Source: Patescibacteria group bacterium | GTDB lineage: Bacteria > Patescibacteriota > Patescibacteriia > UBA9934 | Direction of reading: 5' to 3' | DNA length: 64,000 bases | Assembly: GCA_049296775.1 (NCBI GenBank) | Contig: JBAQTB010000003.1 | Span: 140,766 to 204,765, forward strand | In this document: piece by piece, positions 54,573 to 64,000 of the stretch | How the letters are laid out: each line of letters opens with the position of its first letter | Numbering within the stretch: position 1 is the first letter of the stretch | Translations under genes and position numbers: made by a program | The notes under the pieces: generated by a model | Seen by the model: only the letters and a program-made list of their open reading frames with translations | What the model was told of the DNA's origin: nothing | Database searches by the model: none

Positions 54573-56019
54573 ATTTAGTAGGCCTAATCAAACGTCTAGC
54601 GTCTCGTACGTGCTGGGTAGTTAAAGTTTTGGTAGCAAAGGCGATCAATAAGAAAACGGCTGCCCCGATCGGAACAGTAAGCATCCAATAAATGTACTCC
54701 TTCAAGACAATCACGACTACGGCCATAACGGCACCGGCCACAAAAAACCCGATGATCTCCTTGAAGAGTTGGATCAGCTTAACCTGAGTCAAGCGTTTCA
54801 CCGCCACTAAACCGCCTCCAAACAAGAAGATAAACGTAGCCAGCGCTGTTACCGCCGCACCCATCAGGCCAAGCTTAGGAATCAGCAGGAGGTTACCAAT
54901 GACATTGATAATCATGGCGCCACCCATCAAACCTGTTTTGACCGCCTGTCTACCAGTAGCATTGAGCAAAGACCCGATCGGAAAATCAAGGAAGATAAAC
55001 AGCAACACAAAGATCAAAACCATCAGCACCGGACCGGACGCTATGTAAGTTGAACCGTAAAAAAAGTCGATGATCTCTGGGGCTAACGAGAAAATGCCAA
55101 ACACAATTGGAGTGGCCAGCAAGGCCATGTACCACTCAGCCTTAACGAGCGTTTGGCTGAGTTCGGCCGGCTTATGCGCCAAAGCGCTCATGGTCGGATA
55201 CAGGGCGCCAACAAAAGCTAAGGGCAAAAATTGAAAAGCGTAAGTAAACTTATACGCCACCGCATAAGAACCAACTGCTGCCTTGCCGAGTACGGCTTCA
55301 ATAGTGAAAGAGTCAATGTAAGAATAGATCTTCACAAACACTGCCGCCAAGAAAAACATAAAACCCATTCGTAGCATGGGTTTAGCTTGAGTCAGTGACG
55401 GCTTAAAAGCGCCAATGCCCAGGTTACGAATAACCTGCACAGACGCAAAGAACATGTTCCAGCCACTGCCAAGAATCAAGGCTAGCACTAACCAACGTAA
55501 ATCAATGGCTCCAGACAACAAAGCTATGCCTCCAAAAATTGTCGTTAACATTTGCCCGATAAAAATCCCGATCGACTCATATTTCAATTTGTGCAAACCA
55601 CGCATGACACCGTACATGGTCACCGAGATCGTATCAAAGAGCATGACCAAAATCGCCAACTGTACCAACAGAACCGTCTGATCATCAAACCCGCGCCACT
55701 CTGGCAAAAGCAAGGCCAAGACGATGGTCAGTGGCATAGTGATCAGCTTAATTCCGATCACGTTTTGCACTAACTCTTTGGCCTTGTCTGGCCCTTTGGC
55801 GACTTCACGAATAGTCACCGCCGTTAAACCAACATCATCCAGCACGCCAATGGTAGTCACCATGGCGAGCGCGATAAAGTACGCTCCCAGTGACTCTTCT
55901 CCAATGGTTCTAGCGATCACCGCAAAATACAAAAAAGCGATCAATTTCTGACCAATTGACGCCGCTGTCAGCATGAGAGTATTTCTGGCCAATTGTGACA
56001 TGCGGTTAGGATACGCCAA
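54550..56019 (-). CDS. Polysaccharide biosynthesis flippase (Wzx-like MOP superfamily)
   Basis: 489 aa, about 14 TM helices, typical Wzx/MATE-like topology. Confidence 0.7.
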   Translation of the reverse strand: MAYPNRMSQLARNTLMLTAASIGQKLIAFLYFAVIARTIGEESLGAYFIALAMVTTIGVLDDVGLTAVTIREVAKGPDKAKELVQNVIGIKLITMPLTIVLALLLPEWRGFDDQTVLLVQLAILVMLFDTISVTMYGVMRGLHKLKYESIGIFIGQMLTTIFGGIALLSGAIDLRWLVLALILGSGWNMFFASVQVIRNLGIGAFKPSLTQAKPMLRMGFMFFLAAVFVKIYSYIDSFTIEAVLGKAAVGSYAVAYKFTYAFQFLPLAFVGALYPTMSALAHKPAELSQTLVKAEWYMALLATPIVFGIFSLAPEIIDFFYGSTYIASGPVLMVLIFVLLFIFLDFPIGSLLNATGRQAVKTGLMGGAMIINVIGNLLLIPKLGLMGAAVTALATFIFLFGGGLVAVKRLTQVKLIQLFKEIIGFFVAGAVMAVVVIVLKEYIYWMLTVPIGAAVFLLIAFATKTLTTQHVRDARRLIRPTKYAESSLT

Positions 56020-56097
56020 TTCTAGCTAAAATAAAAGAGCGCACCGGAGGTACGGGACGAGCAGCCTGAGCCGCTCAAGTCCCAACCCCACAGCGCG

Positions 56098-56499
56098 CTA
56101 CGCCACGTCCAAGAAAGTCACAATGTACTCCTCAGCAGTATCACGATTCACAAAGGCAACTCCGCCGAGTCCCTGATTATCGTTGGTGACATAGATGTCG
56201 AGATCAGCCACGCCACCGTCGGCGACGCAAATCTCCCAACCGGTCGAATTTTCCAGCGCGGGCACCGTTCCCGGATGCCTACATTGAAAGTCGACCTGAT
56301 ACTCGCCGACCACTTGGCCGATATACACCACGACTACGTACAGCCCAAATTTTGCTCCGTCCTGGGTCAGCCTCAGAGCCAACTGGACGCCTTCCTTCAG
56401 CCTGATACCTCGGCGCTCTTCCACTTGCACGCCCGCACACTCTTCGAGCACAACACCTCGAGAATTCATCTCAAACCCCCTGTCCAATGGACACCGCAT
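56098..56499 (-). CDS. Hypothetical protein
   Basis: 133-aa ORF; an alternative start at 'MNSRGV' is possible; no recognised motif. Confidence 0.3.
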   Translation of the reverse strand: MRCPLDRGFEMNSRGVVLEECAGVQVEERRGIRLKEGVQLALRLTQDGAKFGLYVVVVYIGQVVGEYQVDFQCRHPGTVPALENSTGWEICVADGGVADLDIYVTNDNQGLGGVAFVNRDTAEEYIVTFLDVA

Positions 56500-56529
56500 A
56501 GTATACTCTCAATTCGATTTTGTCAAAGC

Positions 56530-56556
56530 AAAAACCCCTCAATTGAGGGGTTTTTA
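56530..56556. terminator. Bidirectional hairpin terminator
   Basis: aaaaa-cccctcaattgagggg-ttttt. Confidence 0.7.
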
Positions 56557-56571
56557 CATGAAAGCTTAGGA

Positions 56572-56967
56572 TTAACGCTTTCTCCACTGTGGAGAACGAC
56601 GAGCACCATGCTTACCTGGCTTCTTGCGTTCCTTCTTGCGCTGATCGCGAGTTACCAAGCCGGCAGCCTTAAGAGCTGGGCGGTAATTCTCGTCTAGCAA
56701 CATGAGAGCGCGAGCAATACCTAGGCTAGTAGCATCAGCCTGTCCAGTCATACCACCACCAGAAGCCTTAACTGAAACATCAACAGCTTCAGTCTTACCA
56801 ACTTCCTTAAGAGGTCTAGAAACTACGCGGCGGAGCTCACCAGTCTTGAAGTAATCTTCAATTCGCTTACCGTTAACAGTAATTGAGCCCTTACCACCTG
56901 GAGTGACACGCACCTGAGCGGTAGAAGTCTTACGACGACCAAGCGCTTGGAAATATTTTTCTGCCAT
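56572..56967 (-). CDS. rpsI: 30S ribosomal protein S9
   Basis: 'GRRKTSTAQVR' and Lys/Arg-rich C-terminus ending '..RRSPQWRKR'. Confidence 0.9.
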   Translation of the reverse strand: MAEKYFQALGRRKTSTAQVRVTPGGKGSITVNGKRIEDYFKTGELRRVVSRPLKEVGKTEAVDVSVKASGGGMTGQADATSLGIARALMLLDENYRPALKAAGLVTRDQRKKERKKPGKHGARRSPQWRKR

Positions 56968-56970
56968 AGA

Positions 56971-57330
56971 TTAGGAGGTGATGGTCAAGCGGAGCAAACG
57001 AGCGGTGCGGTGCTTAGTCTTTGGCAACATCCTAGACACGGCCCGACGCAACACGCTAGTTGGATCCTCAGCCCACACTTTAGCCATGGACTTAGTCTTC
57101 AAACCACCTGGGTGGTTAGTGTGATGCTGGTAAACTTTCTGCTCCATCTTCTTACCAGTCACCTTGAGGCCACCGGCGTTAGTCACAACCACGAAATCGC
57201 CAGCATCAACGTTAGGCAGATAGCCTACGTTAGTCTTGCCCATGAGATGCATAGCAATCTCAGAAGCTAGGCGTCCGACGATCTTGCCAGAAGCATCTAC
57301 GCTATAAGTTTTACGTACAATATTTGCCAT
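56971..57330 (-). CDS. rplM: 50S ribosomal protein L13
   Basis: 'VDASGKIVGRLASEIAMHLMGK...YLPNVDAGDFVVVTNA' matches L13; start set at 'MANIVRK' to abut rplQ. Confidence 0.9.
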   Translation of the reverse strand: MANIVRKTYSVDASGKIVGRLASEIAMHLMGKTNVGYLPNVDAGDFVVVTNAGGLKVTGKKMEQKVYQHHTNHPGGLKTKSMAKVWAEDPTSVLRRAVSRMLPKTKHRTARLLRLTITS

Positions 57331-57331
57331 A

Positions 57332-57682
57332 TTAGACAAGTTCGATGAGCACAGTTTCAGCTGCGTCACCCTGACGCTGACCAAGTTTGGTCATGCGGGT
57401 ATAACCACCGTTACGCTCCTTGAAACGTGGTCCAATGACCTCAAAGAGTTTCTTGACCGTCTGGTCAGTGGTGAAATATCCAAGCAGGCGACGACGTGCG
57501 GCTAAGTTATCCTTCTTTGCAATGGTGATAAGTTTCTCCACTACAGGACGAACAACCTTAGCACGACCAATGCTGGTTTCAATTTTCTCGTAAGTAAAGA
57601 GAGCGGTAGCAAGATCGCGCAAAAGCGCCTTCCTAGCCGAAGTCTTTCGTCCGAGGGTTTTCTTATTCTTACGGTGACGCAT
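57332..57682 (-). CDS. rplQ: 50S ribosomal protein L17
   Basis: 'MRHRKNKKTLGRKTSARKALLRDLATAL...' matches L17. Confidence 0.9.
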   Translation of the reverse strand: MRHRKNKKTLGRKTSARKALLRDLATALFTYEKIETSIGRAKVVRPVVEKLITIAKKDNLAARRRLLGYFTTDQTVKKLFEVIGPRFKERNGGYTRMTKLGQRQGDAAETVLIELV

Positions 57683-57684
57683 AC

Positions 57685-58434
57685 TTACTTGTTATCAGGC
57701 GCTTCCTCCGAGGCGCGAACGATTTGTTCAGTGAGGGAAGCATGCTGGAGCTGTCCCTGAACCCACGTAAAGTGGTTCAACAGAATCTTAGTAGCTTGTT
57801 CAACGGCTTCTTGTGGTGTGATTGAACCATCGGTAGCGATAGTCATGAGCAATTTATCGTAGTTGGTGATTTCACCCACACGTGTGTTCTCAACTTTGAG
57901 ACCCACGGCGCGCACTGGTGAAAACATGGCGTCAATGGCGATTACTCCAATCTCAGTTGGTGCTTCTTCACGCTCTTCGGTTGGCAGGAAGCCGCGGCCA
58001 CGAGAAACTGTAATCTCTAGGTCAAAGCTGGCTGACTTATCCGTGAGTGTAGCGATCACCAAGTCTGGATTAACGATCTCGACATCAGCGTTAGCCTCAA
58101 TCTCTGACGCTGTGACTTCCCCTTCCTTCTTAACCGAGAGTTTTAAGACTACCGGCTCTTCAGTGTGGAGCTTCATGCGCAGCTTCTTCAAGTTGAGCAT
58201 GATGTCCAGCACGTCTTCCTTCACGCCGTTTAAGGCAGAGAATTCATGCTGAGCGCCCTTGATCTTCATGGCAGTAACCGCAGCACCAGGCAGAGATGAC
58301 AGCAAAACACGTCTAAGCGCATTGCCGATGGTGGTACCGTACCCGTGGTGCAGTGGCTCAATGGTGAGCAACATTTCCGTCGGCTTAGCGCCGGGGGTAA
58401 AGTACATCTTTGATGGTAAGAAGATTGACTCCAT
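57685..58434 (-). CDS. rpoA: DNA-directed RNA polymerase alpha subunit, N-terminal domain only (no alphaCTD)
   Basis: 249 aa co-linear with the alpha NTD; the protein ends a few residues after the NTD and rplQ follows 3 nt later. Confidence 0.85.
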   Translation of the reverse strand: MESIFLPSKMYFTPGAKPTEMLLTIEPLHHGYGTTIGNALRRVLLSSLPGAAVTAMKIKGAQHEFSALNGVKEDVLDIMLNLKKLRMKLHTEEPVVLKLSVKKEGEVTASEIEANADVEIVNPDLVIATLTDKSASFDLEITVSRGRGFLPTEEREEAPTEIGVIAIDAMFSPVRAVGLKVENTRVGEITNYDKLLMTIATDGSITPQEAVEQATKILLNHFTWVQGQLQHASLTEQIVRASEEAPDNK

Positions 58435-58455
58435 ACTACGTATATTATTGGCGCT

Positions 58456-59079
58456 TTAGCGCATCGAGTAAAACTCGACGATGAGCTTAGGATCGTAGAC
58501 TTCCTTCAAGTCTTCGCCTTGAGGCATGCTTACGACTTTGCCCTTCGTGTCCTCCTCACGATACAACCAACCCATGATCGTGTGACTCTTCAAACGATCA
58601 GTTAGATCAGTAAATACTTTCTTGGTCTTTTTAGTTGGACGTACTTCAATGATATCGCCAACTTTGACCTGGTAAGACGGGATATTAACCTTGATGCCGT
58701 TCACATAGAACATGGCATGGCTAACCATCTGACGAGCTTGTGGACGAGTCTTAGCGAAACCAAGACGATACACAGCGTTGTCTAGACGAGTCTCCAACAA
58801 GCGAGCGAGATGCTCACCAGTGTTACCAGACATAGAGGCAGCTTTCTTGAAGTAGTTACGGAACTGTCGCTCCATAATACCGTAAAGACGCTTAGCCTTC
58901 TGCTTTTCACGCAACTGGACACCGTATACAGACAATTTCGGAGCGAAACCACCTGCTTTACCGTGAACTCCAGGAATGTAAGCACGGCGCTGCATGACCT
59001 TAAGCACGCTAGCACCATTTGAGAGAGCCACGCCTTCGCGTCGACTCATTTTTCCGAGGGGTTTTAATGTCTTTCCCAT
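58456..59079 (-). CDS. rpsD: 30S ribosomal protein S4
   Basis: 'RLDNAVYRLGFAKTRPQARQMVSH' S4 domain. Confidence 0.9.
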   Translation of the reverse strand: MGKTLKPLGKMSRREGVALSNGASVLKVMQRRAYIPGVHGKAGGFAPKLSVYGVQLREKQKAKRLYGIMERQFRNYFKKAASMSGNTGEHLARLLETRLDNAVYRLGFAKTRPQARQMVSHAMFYVNGIKVNIPSYQVKVGDIIEVRPTKKTKKVFTDLTDRLKSHTIMGWLYREEDTKGKVVSMPQGEDLKEVYDPKLIVEFYSMR

Positions 59080-59088
59080 ATTTCAAGC

Positions 59089-59559
59089 TTAGACGCGACG
59101 AGCACGGCGAGGTCGGCAGCCGTTGTGAGGCACCGGAGTCTCGTCTTTCATCGTGAGTACATTGAAGCCGTTACCGTTCAAAGCACGGAGAGCTCCGTCA
59201 CGACCGTTACCGATACCGGAAACGTAAACGTGTAAATCTCTGAGTCCGTACACTACAGACTTATCTGCTACCTTCTTAACGACTACGCTAGCCGCATAAG
59301 GTGTAGCTTTCTTTGGACCCTTGAAACCACAGTTACCCGCGCTGGCCCAAGCCACTACGTTACCGTTTGGATCTGTCAAAGTCACGATCGTATTATTGAA
59401 GCTAGCATGAATGTAAGCGCGACCTTGTGGGATTTGGCGCAAAGTGCGCTTCTTGCCCTTGGCGGTCACCAGCTTATCTGACTTAGCAGCCTTACCGACT
59501 ACTGCCGGTACAGCTACCTCAGTTGCAGCCTCTACTACTTTGGTGATTTCTTCATTCAT
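59089..59559 (-). CDS. rpsK: 30S ribosomal protein S11 (with short N-terminal extension)
   Basis: 'AYIHASFNNTIVTLTDPNGNVVAWASAGNCGFKGPKKATPYAA' matches S11. Confidence 0.85.
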   Translation of the reverse strand: MNEEITKVVEAATEVAVPAVVGKAAKSDKLVTAKGKKRTLRQIPQGRAYIHASFNNTIVTLTDPNGNVVAWASAGNCGFKGPKKATPYAASVVVKKVADKSVVYGLRDLHVYVSGIGNGRDGALRALNGNGFNVLTMKDETPVPHNGCRPRRARRV

Positions 59560-59562
59560 AAA

Positions 59563-59949
59563 CTAGGTCTTAGTCAACATACGACGACCGCTACCCGCTG
59601 TCTTACGCACGTTTCCGCGAACAGAACGTGAGTTAGACTTGGTGCGCTGGCCGCGCGCTGGCAACTTCTTAATGTGTCTAGAACCACGGTAACTACCGAT
59701 GTCCTTAAGACGCTTAATGTTACCCATAACTTCACGACGCAACTCACCTTCTACGCGATATTCCTTTTCAACAATGATACGGATGGCGTTCTCTTGCTCC
59801 AAGGTCAAATCCTTAGAACGAATGTTGCCATCAATCTTGGCCTTTTCTAAAATCTGCGCAGAACGAACAGTACCGATACCGTAAATATACGTAAGACCGA
59901 TAACAATACGTTTAGCCGCAGGAATTGTGACTCCAGCAATACGTGCCAT
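59563..59949 (-). CDS. rpsM: 30S ribosomal protein S13
   Basis: '[26 protein letters not shown]'. Confidence 0.9.
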   Translation of the reverse strand: MARIAGVTIPAAKRIVIGLTYIYGIGTVRSAQILEKAKIDGNIRSKDLTLEQENAIRIIVEKEYRVEGELRREVMGNIKRLKDIGSYRGSRHIKKLPARGQRTKSNSRSVRGNVRKTAGSGRRMLTKT

Positions 59950-59954
59950 AAAGA

Positions 59955-60068
59955 TTAACCTTGACGTTGCTTATGCTTTGGAACTTTGCAAATGACGCGG
60001 ACCCGACCTTCACGGCGGATAACGCGGCAGCTAGCGCAGATCGCTTTAACAGAGGCGCGGACTTTCAT
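59955..60068 (-). CDS. rpmJ: 50S ribosomal protein L36
   Basis: Manual translation of the minus strand gives [37 protein letters not shown] (37 aa, Zn-ribbon CxxC...C) between rpsM and infA; below the 60-aa track cutoff. Confidence 0.8.
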   Translation of the reverse strand: MKVRASVKAICASCRVIRREGRVRVICKVPKHKQRQG

Positions 60069-60231
60069 ACGTTTGCTTAAGTAATCTAGAACTCTCGATT
60101 ACTTCACTAAGTTAATTACGCAAAATCACCCTGACATTAAAGTACGAGGATGATTCCTTTAAACACGAGATAACCGCTCTGTGCCTAAAATTTTTCTCAA
60201 AGCTTCAGCGTAGATGAACTTTGAGGAAATT

Positions 60232-60447
60232 TTAGAAACGGAACGTGATTCGTGCTTTCGTGAGATCGTAAGGAGAGATCTCACATTTGACGTCATCTCC
60301 AGGCATTACCCGGATGCGGTTCTGGCGAAGTTTCCCTGCCAAATACCCCATGACTTCAAGGTCGTTTTCCAATCTGACGCGAAATGCCCCTGCTGGGAGT
60401 GCCTCTAGCACTTCCCCACGCATTTCTAGAAATTGTTTTTCTACCAT
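60232..60447 (-). CDS. infA: Translation initiation factor IF-1
   Basis: '[63 protein letters not shown]' S1-like OB fold. Confidence 0.9.
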   Translation of the reverse strand: MVEKQFLEMRGEVLEALPAGAFRVRLENDLEVMGYLAGKLRQNRIRVMPGDDVKCEISPYDLTKARITFRF

Positions 60448-60626
60448 AGTTGGCCGTAGTATAACAATCCCTGGAATTCCTGCAAATTCACGTTAATTGA
60501 AAGCGACAGAAGTGTATCAGCACCCACCTAAAGTGTCAAGAATGCCAATGAAAGTTATCCCTCAAACAAAATCCCCCCAAATCTGGCTAACATTAGCTAT
60601 TTCACTAAAATGCACGGAATGATCGT

Positions 60627-62402
60627 TTAGCCCAAAATTGCTTTTATGCGTCTGACCCCAGCAGAACTCGCCTCTTCCTTCTGGATCTTGAGGCCACCGA
60701 GTTCGCTTGTGCGTTGAACATGGGGGCCGCCGCAAATTTCGCTCGAGAAATCACCTATGAAGTAGACGTTGATCTTGCCGCCCATTTGCGCGTATTTATC
60801 TTCGAATAAGCCGATAGCGCCGCGAGCTTTGGCTTCTTCGACAGTCAATTGTTCGGCGCGGACTGGAAGGTCGAGTTTAATTTGTTCATTAACGATATCC
60901 TCGACCTGCTTGACTTGCTCTGGTGTCATTTTCTCAGGATGCGAAAAATCAAAACGCAAACGTTCGGCCGTGATGTTACTGCCCTTCTGCTCAACGTGAT
61001 CGCCGAGAACCTGTCGCAGCGCTTGATGCAACAAATGCGTGGCGGTATGGAGACGCGTCGTCTCGACGGAATGATCAGCCAAGCCACCTGCAAACTTCTT
61101 CTCTGCTCCTTGTCTCGACAAATCTTGATGCTTTTTAAACTCAGCCTCAAAAGCAGAACGGTCGACCTCTAGCCCCTGCTCGTGGGTAAGCTCGTGAGTT
61201 ACTTCTAACGGAAAACCGTAAGACTGGTAAAGATTAAACGCATCTTCACCGGAGATCGACTGGTTCTTATCCCAGAGTTTAGAGAATTCACGCAAGCCTT
61301 GAGCCAGTGTCTTTTCAAACTTTTGAGCTTCAACCAGCAAGCCAGCGACAATCTTATCTTTTTTGTCGATGAGCATTGGATATGCCTCACCAAGTGACGC
61401 GACGATCTCATCGACAAGTGGCGCTACGAGTTTCTGTGCGTCGATACCCAGCTTTTTTGCATGTCGAATAGCTCTACGGATCAAACGACGCAAAATGTAA
61501 CCTTGATCTTTATTGCTCGGCTCCACACCATCCATGAACATGACAGAAGCAGCGCGCAAGTGATCAGCAATAATCCGCATCGACTTTTGCATTTCATGAC
61601 TTGCAGCATACTCAAAACCTGACAGCTCCTCGAGCTTGCGTAAGATCCCTGCAAACAATTCTGTCTCGTAAACATTATTACGATGTTGCAAGGCGACGAT
61701 AGTGCGTTCAAGGCCCATGCCGGTATCAACGCTCCCCTTTTCGAGTGACTTTAACGAGCCATCATCTTGCTTGTTGAACTGCATGAAGACGTTATTCCAG
61801 ATCTCCATCCAAGGCTTAGAATGCGTACCTTTATTACCTTGAGGCTCACCCTCACCCACCCAATAAAAAATCTCAGTGTCCGGACCGCACGGACCGGTCT
61901 TGCCGGCTGGCCCCCACCAATTGTCTTCTTTGCCGAGTTTAGCGATACGTTCCGGACTGACACCGAGCCGAATCCAGTGATCGTAAGATTCTTGATCGAA
62001 AGATGTATTTTCATCACCTTCAAACACTGTAAACGATAATTGCTCGAGTGGGATATTTAACCATGCCGAACTCGTCAGAAACTCAAACGACCACTCAATC
62101 GAGTCTTTCTTGAAATAATCGCCTAATGACCAGTTTCCAAGCATCGTAAAAAACGTGAGATGCGTGTCGTCACCCACATCGTCAATGTCACCTGTGCGGA
62201 TACAGCGCTGGTAATCGACCAAACGTTTACCGGCTGGATGCGGCTCGCCGAGCAGATATGGCACCAGTGGGTGCATGCCGGCGGTGGTAAACAAAACGGT
62301 CGGATCATTTTCAGGCACCACCGAAGCTGACGGAATTTCCGTATGCAACTTTGATTTGAAAAACTCTAGATAAAGTTTACGGAGTTCATTAGCAGTCAAC
62401 AT
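60627..62402 (-). CDS. alaS: Alanyl-tRNA synthetase, short form (catalytic, tRNA-recognition and editing domains; no C-Ala domain)
   Basis: N-terminal 'LRKLYLEFFKSK.H..IPSASVVPENDPTVLFTTAGM' AlaRS signature; editing-site 'HTATHLLHQAL...CGGPHV'. Confidence 0.85.
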   Translation of the reverse strand: MLTANELRKLYLEFFKSKLHTEIPSASVVPENDPTVLFTTAGMHPLVPYLLGEPHPAGKRLVDYQRCIRTGDIDDVGDDTHLTFFTMLGNWSLGDYFKKDSIEWSFEFLTSSAWLNIPLEQLSFTVFEGDENTSFDQESYDHWIRLGVSPERIAKLGKEDNWWGPAGKTGPCGPDTEIFYWVGEGEPQGNKGTHSKPWMEIWNNVFMQFNKQDDGSLKSLEKGSVDTGMGLERTIVALQHRNNVYETELFAGILRKLEELSGFEYAASHEMQKSMRIIADHLRAASVMFMDGVEPSNKDQGYILRRLIRRAIRHAKKLGIDAQKLVAPLVDEIVASLGEAYPMLIDKKDKIVAGLLVEAQKFEKTLAQGLREFSKLWDKNQSISGEDAFNLYQSYGFPLEVTHELTHEQGLEVDRSAFEAEFKKHQDLSRQGAEKKFAGGLADHSVETTRLHTATHLLHQALRQVLGDHVEQKGSNITAERLRFDFSHPEKMTPEQVKQVEDIVNEQIKLDLPVRAEQLTVEEAKARGAIGLFEDKYAQMGGKINVYFIGDFSSEICGGPHVQRTSELGGLKIQKEEASSAGVRRIKAILG

Positions 62403-62440
62403 AGAGTAAGAGTTTACTGAAAACTAGAGAAAAGACAAAA

Positions 62441-62596
62441 TTACACCAAGGGTGTCAGATCAGAGTGCCGCGGCTCACCAAATTCATCCAAATCTGGATC
62501 CGGGTCATCAACTAGAGCTGTGAGGTCATCGGCCTGCGGTTCGATATCATCAAAATCGATATCTTCGTCAGGATTGTCTTGATCACGATCTGGCAT
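62441..62596 (-). CDS. Putative very acidic 51-aa protein
   Basis: Manual translation gives MPDRDQDNPDEDIDFDDIEPQADDLTALVDDPDPDLDEFGEPRHSDLTPLV, about 45% Asp/Glu; no Shine-Dalgarno, possibly coupled to murJ upstream. Confidence 0.25.
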   Translation of the reverse strand: MPDRDQDNPDEDIDFDDIEPQADDLTALVDDPDPDLDEFGEPRHSDLTPLV

Positions 62597-62638
62597 ATGG
62601 GGGCTAGCGTAGCACTTTGGCCTAAGGCTGCAACTATT

Positions 62639-64000
62639 TTAAACCAATTCCTGTTGCACTGTCTCGGTTGGCTTGGCGGCTTTCATGAAACGAGCGCGTA
62701 ATCCTTGGGCAAAAGCTAACATTTCTGGGCTTTGCAACACAAAGGCCGCGGCCAAGTACACAATCAAACCAGCGCTCCCAGCCAATGCCGTCTGAATCAA
62801 GACATTATAAAAGGTGTCTAAACGTACAAACTCAACAATTTCATACTTGATCGCTTGAGTGACCGCGGCGCCGGCCAAACTAGCTAAACATAAAATGGTG
62901 GTGGATTTGAATAAATTCCATTCATCTAACGATCCCAACTTAGCTTTCAAACCTAGCCACAACACTGCCAATTGCACGAGTGACGCAATAGAGAAAGCCA
63001 AGGCCAATCCAGGCACACCGTACAGTGGCGCCAACATAAAACCACCCACGCCGTTAATGATCGCTGCGACTAAACCAGCCGCGAATGGTAACCACGTATC
63101 CTTGAAAGCAAAGAAGACTCTGATGACTACGAACACCAGACATTGGGCGAAGAAACTGACAGCAAACATCGCCAAGGTGTCCGCCGTGACCACGGTCGCA
63201 CTCCAATCAAAAACACCCGCCCCAAACACCAAACGGACGATCTGCGCGCGCAATAACAACGTGATGACAGTGATCGGTAAGATGAAAAACATCACTTGCC
63301 GCACCGTGGCGGAAAACGACTCGCGTAAACGTTTCAGCTCGTCACCGGCTACGAAGTCGCAAAAAGTCGGGAAAGCGGCAATGGCATAAGACACGCCAAT
63401 GACACCGATCGGGAAAAAGTTAAGGTTATATGCAAACTGCAGTACAGTCACGGATCCAGCCGCTAAGCCAGTCGCCAAAAAGGTCATGAACAAGAAATTG
63501 AACTGTCCCACGGCAATACCTAGCACCCGCGGCCCCATTTGCAAAACGGTACGACGCACGTCCTTGTCTTTTAAGTCAAAAGCTAAACTATACCTGTAGC
63601 CTAAAGCGTAAACACCAATACTTTGGATAAGAGCGTGCAACAAGGCACCAATCACAGCACCCCAAGCCAAACCCATGAGACCCACGAGCGGTACCAAGAA
63701 AATGGCTCCAAATAAAATGCCGACATTGTTAACGATGGGCGCAAAGGAATACAAGATAAAACGTTTCGCTCCTTGCAGAACAGAACCGAACACCATTGAA
63801 ATTGCAAAGAAGGCTTGGCCAAGAAATAAGATGCGTGTAGCCTCTGCGACTCTGGCCTGTTTGGCAGCTTCAAACCCGTGAGCAATGAAGGGCGTATACA
63901 CCGGCGCCAAAATGGCGCCGAGTACACCCACGATCACAAAGAAGATTAAGACTAAGTTAACGATGTTACTGGTGTAGCGCCAGGCCTTAGCGTCATCCTT
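62639..64000 (-). CDS. murJ: Lipid II flippase MurJ, 5' end outside the window
   Basis: Polytopic MOP-family protein 'ILYSFAPIVNNVGILFGAIFL...'; the 432-aa frame stays open to the window end. Confidence 0.8.
   Translation of the reverse strand, partial: KDDAKAWRYTSNIVNLVLIFFVIVGVLGAILAPVYTPFIAHGFEAAKQARVAEATRILFLGQAFFAISMVFGSVLQGAKRFILYSFAPIVNNVGILFGAIFLVPLVGLMGLAWGAVIGALLHALIQSIGVYALGYRYSLAFDLKDKDVRRTVLQMGPRVLGIAVGQFNFLFMTFLATGLAAGSVTVLQFAYNLNFFPIGVIGVSYAIAAFPTFCDFVAGDELKRLRESFSATVRQVMFFILPITVITLLLRAQIVRLVFGAGVFDWSATVVTADTLAMFAVSFFAQCLVFVVIRVFFAFKDTWLPFAAGLVAAIINGVGGFMLAPLYGVPGLALAFSIASLVQLAVLWLGLKAKLGSLDEWNLFKSTTILCLASLAGAAVTQAIKYEIVEFVRLDTFYNVLIQTALAGSAGLIVYLAAAFVLQSPEMLAFAQGLRARFMKAAKPTETVQQELV

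Overview
This 64 kb window is a bacterial chromosome segment at roughly 50% GC by eye. It is densely packed with housekeeping genes: aminoacyl-tRNA synthetases metG, lysS, serS, gltX and alaS; the cell-shape genes mreBCD and mrdA with a murJ fragment; clpB; def-fmt; priA; a ribosomal/rpoA/infA cluster; ppa; and two peroxiredoxins. Several proteins are in minimal forms (MetRS without C-terminal domain, AlaRS without C-Ala, RNAP alpha without CTD, a UvrD-family helicase fused to a Cas4/RecB-like nuclease). This suggests a small-genome lineage, possibly Patescibacteria/CPR-like, which is inference only. The standout feature is a ten-gene, tightly coupled, co-directional operon (6348-16501). It joins an F-type ATPase b subunit, a delta subunit and truncated alpha-like and beta-like proteins whose Walker A loops are ablated. 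These sit directly upstream of a hyf/complex-I-like module (NuoB-like, HyfB/NuoL-like, HyfC/NuoH-like, HyfE-like, HyfF/NuoM-like, fused NuoC-NuoD/HyfG-like) whose Fe-S and NiFe cysteine ligands are largely replaced. I do not recognise this architecture as a described system. Other points of interest: a GC-richer cassette (16.5-18.8 kb) bounded by 35-bp direct repeats carrying a 2OG-Fe(II) oxygenase and a protein with an in-frame 270-bp tandem duplication; a CIRCE-like operator over a sigma70-like promoter upstream of clpB; a wHTH/Cas2-like orphan gene bracketed by CCGATCGG palindromes; a candidate SRP RNA; a 700-bp structured convergent intergenic region; a PriA homologue with degenerate helicase motifs; and an exopolysaccharide/O-antigen-type glycosylation cluster. 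No CRISPR array, tRNA, rRNA, transposase or integrase was recognised.
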